From Macrostomum lignano (lineage: Eukaryota), in the NCBI GenBank assembly GCA_002269645.1, contig NIVC01000114.1, positions 62,001 through 126,000 on the forward strand: a DNA stretch of 64,000 nt. The letters are read 5' to 3'. The position numbers and the translations under genes are program-made. The notes beneath the pieces were generated by a model that made no database searches, was not told the origin of the DNA, and saw only the letters and a program-made list of their open reading frames with translations. Positions 60,101 through 64,000 of the stretch are shown here, piece by piece. The first letter of the stretch is position 1, and every line of letters begins with the position of its first letter.

Positions 60101-61099
60101 TGGTTCATCAATTGCAAGAATCATTGGTTTATCAAGTGCAATAATCCTTGGTTCATTAAGTGCAATAATCCTTGGTTCATCAATTGCAAGAATCATTGGT
60201 TTATCAAGTGCAGTAATCCTTGCGCTGTCCCTTCTTCATCCCGTGCCTACTTAGAGTATTGTTTGTGCTCCTCGTCACCCCATCTACTTTTAGAATCCCA
60301 AATGGTGACGCAAGGCTCCTGACCTCTCCCTCACCCCGATGACTCGATCATCACCCTCCTCTTTTGCAGCCTTTTCTCATGCTTTTGTTCTCTTATCAAA
60401 ATTTCTCATGCGACACCCACCCCTCCTCCGCCTCTATTGTTCTCTTTTACTATTTTTTGTTCTCCTTTGTGCACACAATTATCACATTTTTCAGATTTTC
60501 TCGTTCTTCTGTTCTCGTTTTCGCATCCAATTGGCACCCCTCTCTCAATTTTTGCTCTGCTATTGTTCTCGGTTCTCCCCAATTATCCCCGTTTTCCATT
60601 TCCTTTGATCTCGTTCTGGATCCCATTGTTCTTATTTGCTTACGCAACACTTCTTCGGCTCCCCGCTGTGCTCTTTTTCCCCTACCCCTCCTCCAAATTG
60701 CGCAATTCTCCCATTTCTCATGTTGCTATGCCGTTCTCATACTTCTCATCATGACTCATTGACGCCATTTTCCCGGCAGCCAATCAGAGAGAGGGAGTCT
60801 TGGAAACGAGCTTGCAGCGGCCGCTGTGAGGACTATTTAAAGAAGTGATTTTCGGCTTGATAGCCTCCAGAAGTCTTTCTTTCCTTCCTTCGGATGGTTG
60901 CCTTTGGCCTTTGCTACGGCCAACGCCTAGGGCTTGTACCTTCGGTCCTACCTTTGGACTCGTTTCGTCTATAAGACGAACCTATGCCGGCCCGCGGTCC
61001 AGCATGCTCAGCATCACCTGAGCTTCATCAGCGCCTCGTCGCTACAGCGCATCGCCACTTCACTACCTGCCTGTCTGCAGTCAACAGCTCACTCCATCG

Positions 61100-61130
<31 letters not shown>

Positions 61131-63204
61131 TCTCTCTGTGCAGCTTCCGGTGAGTTCGTGTACTGGTTTGTACTCTAATTGCCTTTGCTTATTTGGGGTT
61201 TGCTTATTTCCCATTGCTTGATTAGAGGACTGAGCCGATTGTGAACCGTACTTTGCTGCATTTTACTCAATAGTGAAGCCGCCGAATCGCCTGCTTATTT
61301 CGCCTAAGGGCCTAATTATTAACAATTACTAAACTCCTCATTAGGCACTCTTTCACCACCATTTCAGTCATGAGTTGCTGAGCCTTTCTCCCTGGGTGAA
61401 AAAGCATAAGGAAGTTTGGGTAAGCCAATGGCCTCTCCCTGTGAAACGCCCGCCTGTGTGTGCGTGCTGCGGGTCCGTGTGTGTCAGTAGAGGGGATTAG
61501 CGATTTGTGGCACAGAATGGCAGCAGGGAGGTTGCAACCCCATGCTGACGCGTCCCTTCGCCCTGAGCAATCTGAACTTTAGCTAGCACATGTTCACCTC
61601 ACACTACTCTTAGTAATTGAAGCCGGAAGTCCGCCTCATTCACAGCCACAAAGGATCTCCTGCTGAGAAATGCTCCAGATTGATCCCAGAGTTCCCGATT
61701 GTGCCCAAAGCAAAGTCCCTGTACTCGGTTGCATGCGCCTCCCCTGTTAGCTTAAATCCTCTGGTAATCAATCCAGACAGGGCTCTAGCCTGATAAGGTC
61801 TGGTCATAGATCCAGGTGAGCCCGGTCATATAGAGTGGTGGCAGCCACTCGGTCACGCCAATTATTGCACCTTGGCTGCAGGTGGGGCCCATGTGGGTCC
61901 TCGGCCCTCTGGTTTCGAGGTCCTTCAGGTCATTCAGGGCAAAGGTCCTTCAGGTCATTGCCCGGTCATAGGCAGCCTACGGTCATTGCTCCTCCCTGCG
62001 AAGCGGACGGTCATCAAGGGCGATTACATCAAAGTGCAATAATTCTTGGCTTAGCAAGTGCTACGTGGCAAAATGGCGAGCACAGTAAAGAAGAGGAGAA
62101 AAGATGGGCATCAGTTTGCTCAGGTGGAGCCCACGGCAGACCGCAGCCGGTTTGATATTTTTAAATCATCAAGCATCCAATATACTAAAACTAAAGTCTC
62201 AAATCTCCGGTCCAGCAATCGAGCTTCTCCTTCAATCTGCGGAATTCACTCGCTCTTGGCTCGACTCTCTCTCTTGCTCATTGATACTTCTACCTTAAAG
62301 AGCGTTGAAAATTGATGAAGCTGCAGATGAAGATGAATTTTTAACTCAATCAAAAATGTGTGGCACAAAAAACATTGTAAATCCTCACTGCTGTGAGAAC
62401 CCTCGCTTTCCTTCCCGCATTGCAGAAGCCGAGAGGCCCGGCGGGCAGCCGCTCACGGCTTGGATTCGCGCCTCCATCGGTGAGTCTGACCGGTTCGGCT
62501 TTCACTGCCGCATTGCGCCTTCTAACAGGCTGGCAGCTTGGGGCAGAAATTGCAGCGAAACTCAGCAGGGTTGAGATTGGGTTGGACTGAGTGCTGCAGC
62601 AGCTGCACTCTCAGCTCTCCTGCTTGAGATGACAGTCTGAGTGCTGCAGCAGCTGCACTCTCAGCTCTCCTGCTTGAGATGACAGTCTGAGTGCTGCAGC
62701 AGCTGCACTCTCAGCTCTCCTGCTTGAGATGACAGTCTGAGTGCTGCAGCAGCAGCTGCACTCTCAGCTCTCCTGCTTGTTCTGACCATCCAACTCTGAG
62801 CAATTCACCCACACGCATCTCGGATCATTCCAGGCTCCCAGACGACTCCCAGCAAGACAGGCGCCTGAGCGAGGAGCTGCATCGACTGCTCAGCGATGCG
62901 GGATTCACCGAGCAGAGAGCAGAGTGTCAGCAGAGACTGGCTGACTGGCTGCAACAAGTCGTTCGAGTCCTCACACTGGAAGGCGATCGCAGGCAGATGA
63001 CGGGCAGCTACGCAGAGGGCTGGGCCAACAGTCTGGTGCAAGTGAACGGCAGGACAGCTGCAGACTCGGACATTGACTGGACTGTGCTGGTTGCTGGGCA
63101 GGAGTTTCATCTGGAAGGTGGCTGCAAAGGAAGATCTGGATCCTGCCGAAACGCCACTTGGCTGCAGGTCACGGAGGGCCACGCACAGGTGGCAGTGGGA
63201 GCAG
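57101..63204 (+). CDS. Ankyrin-repeat / cGAS-like NTase fusion, paralog 2 (partial; exon 4 beyond the window); exons 57101-58959, 62426-62479, 62834-63204
   Basis: Intact 620-codon ANK ORF with 11 full plus 1 partial 33-aa repeats ending GG|GTGAGT. The 54-bp exon 2 and 371-bp exon 3 have the same sizes and phases as in paralog 1. Exon 3 encodes MTGSYAEGWANSLVQVNGRTAADSDIDWTVL. Confidence 0.82.
59683..60221. repeat. 24-bp minisatellite ATCAAGTGCAGTAATCCTTGGTTT in intron 1 of paralog 2
   Basis: Direct. Confidence 0.96.
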
Positions 63205-63379
63205 GTGAGTGAGGCTGGGTTCATCATCAGAATGCTGAGATCCGCATGCAACTGGAAGCCCATTAACTTTGCTCAAATATAAATTCGCAACCGAGTGGTG
63301 CCCAGCTTCCAGCAGCTTCTGTGACTGTGTCTTTACCTGGGTCGGTTTGGGTGTCCAGTCCCGAGTGCAATATGTAATA

Positions 63380-64000
63380 TACGTGATATTATATATTGTG
63401 ATGTATATTGTGACGCTCTGTCTGTACTTTTTTTGGATACGAGCAGACGTGACGACGCTCTTCGAAAGTAATTCGATCCATTTGGTGTTGTGACACTCAG
63501 AGTTCACGCTGCGGCTCGAGGTGTGGTGACACTCTCGAGTGCTTCTAGTCTCGATACTGTAGGTTGTACAAACTGTATAGAGTAGCCGGTACAGTACTAC
63601 AAGAAGCTATATCATCTCCGGCGTTATGACGCTCTGGCAAGAACTCTGCCTAACAAGCTCCCCAGAAAAGAATGAACTCAAGCAGCAGGCGGCTTACCAG
63701 TGGCCAAATCGCCGTTCGTACGTTTATTGATTTGCTCGTTGGTCTTGACTTCTTGACTTGACTTCTTGACTGGTTTCTGACTTCTCAATTCTCAAAGACT
63801 CTTCTCACTAAGGCTCTTATGTTTCGTTTATCGTAGTAGCTAGTGTTGCTGTTTATTACGTCAATTCTCGCGCTTGCACTCTCGGAGCACACCAAAACAC
63901 AAAAGCGCAAACAGCACGAAGGGCGTGGGCAAGACCCAGAGCCGCACTATAAATAACAACCAAACCCTGGGGCCGATGGCCTCACCGGCTAAGCCCACAA
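63380..64000. mobile_element. Unidentified insertion, possibly an LTR, in intron 3 of paralog 2
   Basis: Homology to paralog 1 intron 3 ends at about 63352. The sequence then reads TGTAATATACG... with TATAAATA and TTTATT motifs. No coding evidence. Confidence 0.25.

Noticed and set aside
62175-62190. ATCCAATATACTAAAA resembling the Helitron 5' end at 1054
   Set aside because: No matching hairpin-CTAG 3' end downstream, and paralog-1 homology resumes within about 90 bp; may be chance or a tiny remnant.

Overview
This is animal genomic DNA, with GT-AG introns, TTAGGG tracts and very dense minisatellites. It is most likely a free-living flatworm such as Macrostomum; that assignment is inferred from gene style and repeat load and was not verified. 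Most long ORF-track entries are open frames through tandem repeats, not genes. Spliced models I can rebuild with phase-consistent junctions are: SDS3/SUDS3 (+, 3 exons), UBL3 (-, 3 exons, Cys-rich CaaX tail), a single-ORF KChIP/NCS EF-hand protein (+), a divergent rhodopsin-class GPCR (-, 2 exons), and WSC/PAN and ETS-domain gene relics. The main result is two tandem genes (39190-46909 and 57101 to beyond 63204). In each, a 99-bp-unit ankyrin array with hypervariable binding-surface positions splices in frame onto a cGAS-like (Mab-21/cGLR) nucleotidyltransferase, which suggests a diversifying innate-immune sensor locus. Mobile DNA includes a decayed mariner split by a non-autonomous Helitron, an 8-bp-TSD MITE, an RNase H-type LINE fragment and a Ty3/Gypsy pol fragment inside the cGLR intron. 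The old AT-rich DNA is almost free of CpG and shows apparent CpA>TpA hypermutation. Several minisatellites can be traced to single-copy seeds at exon ends or splice donors.
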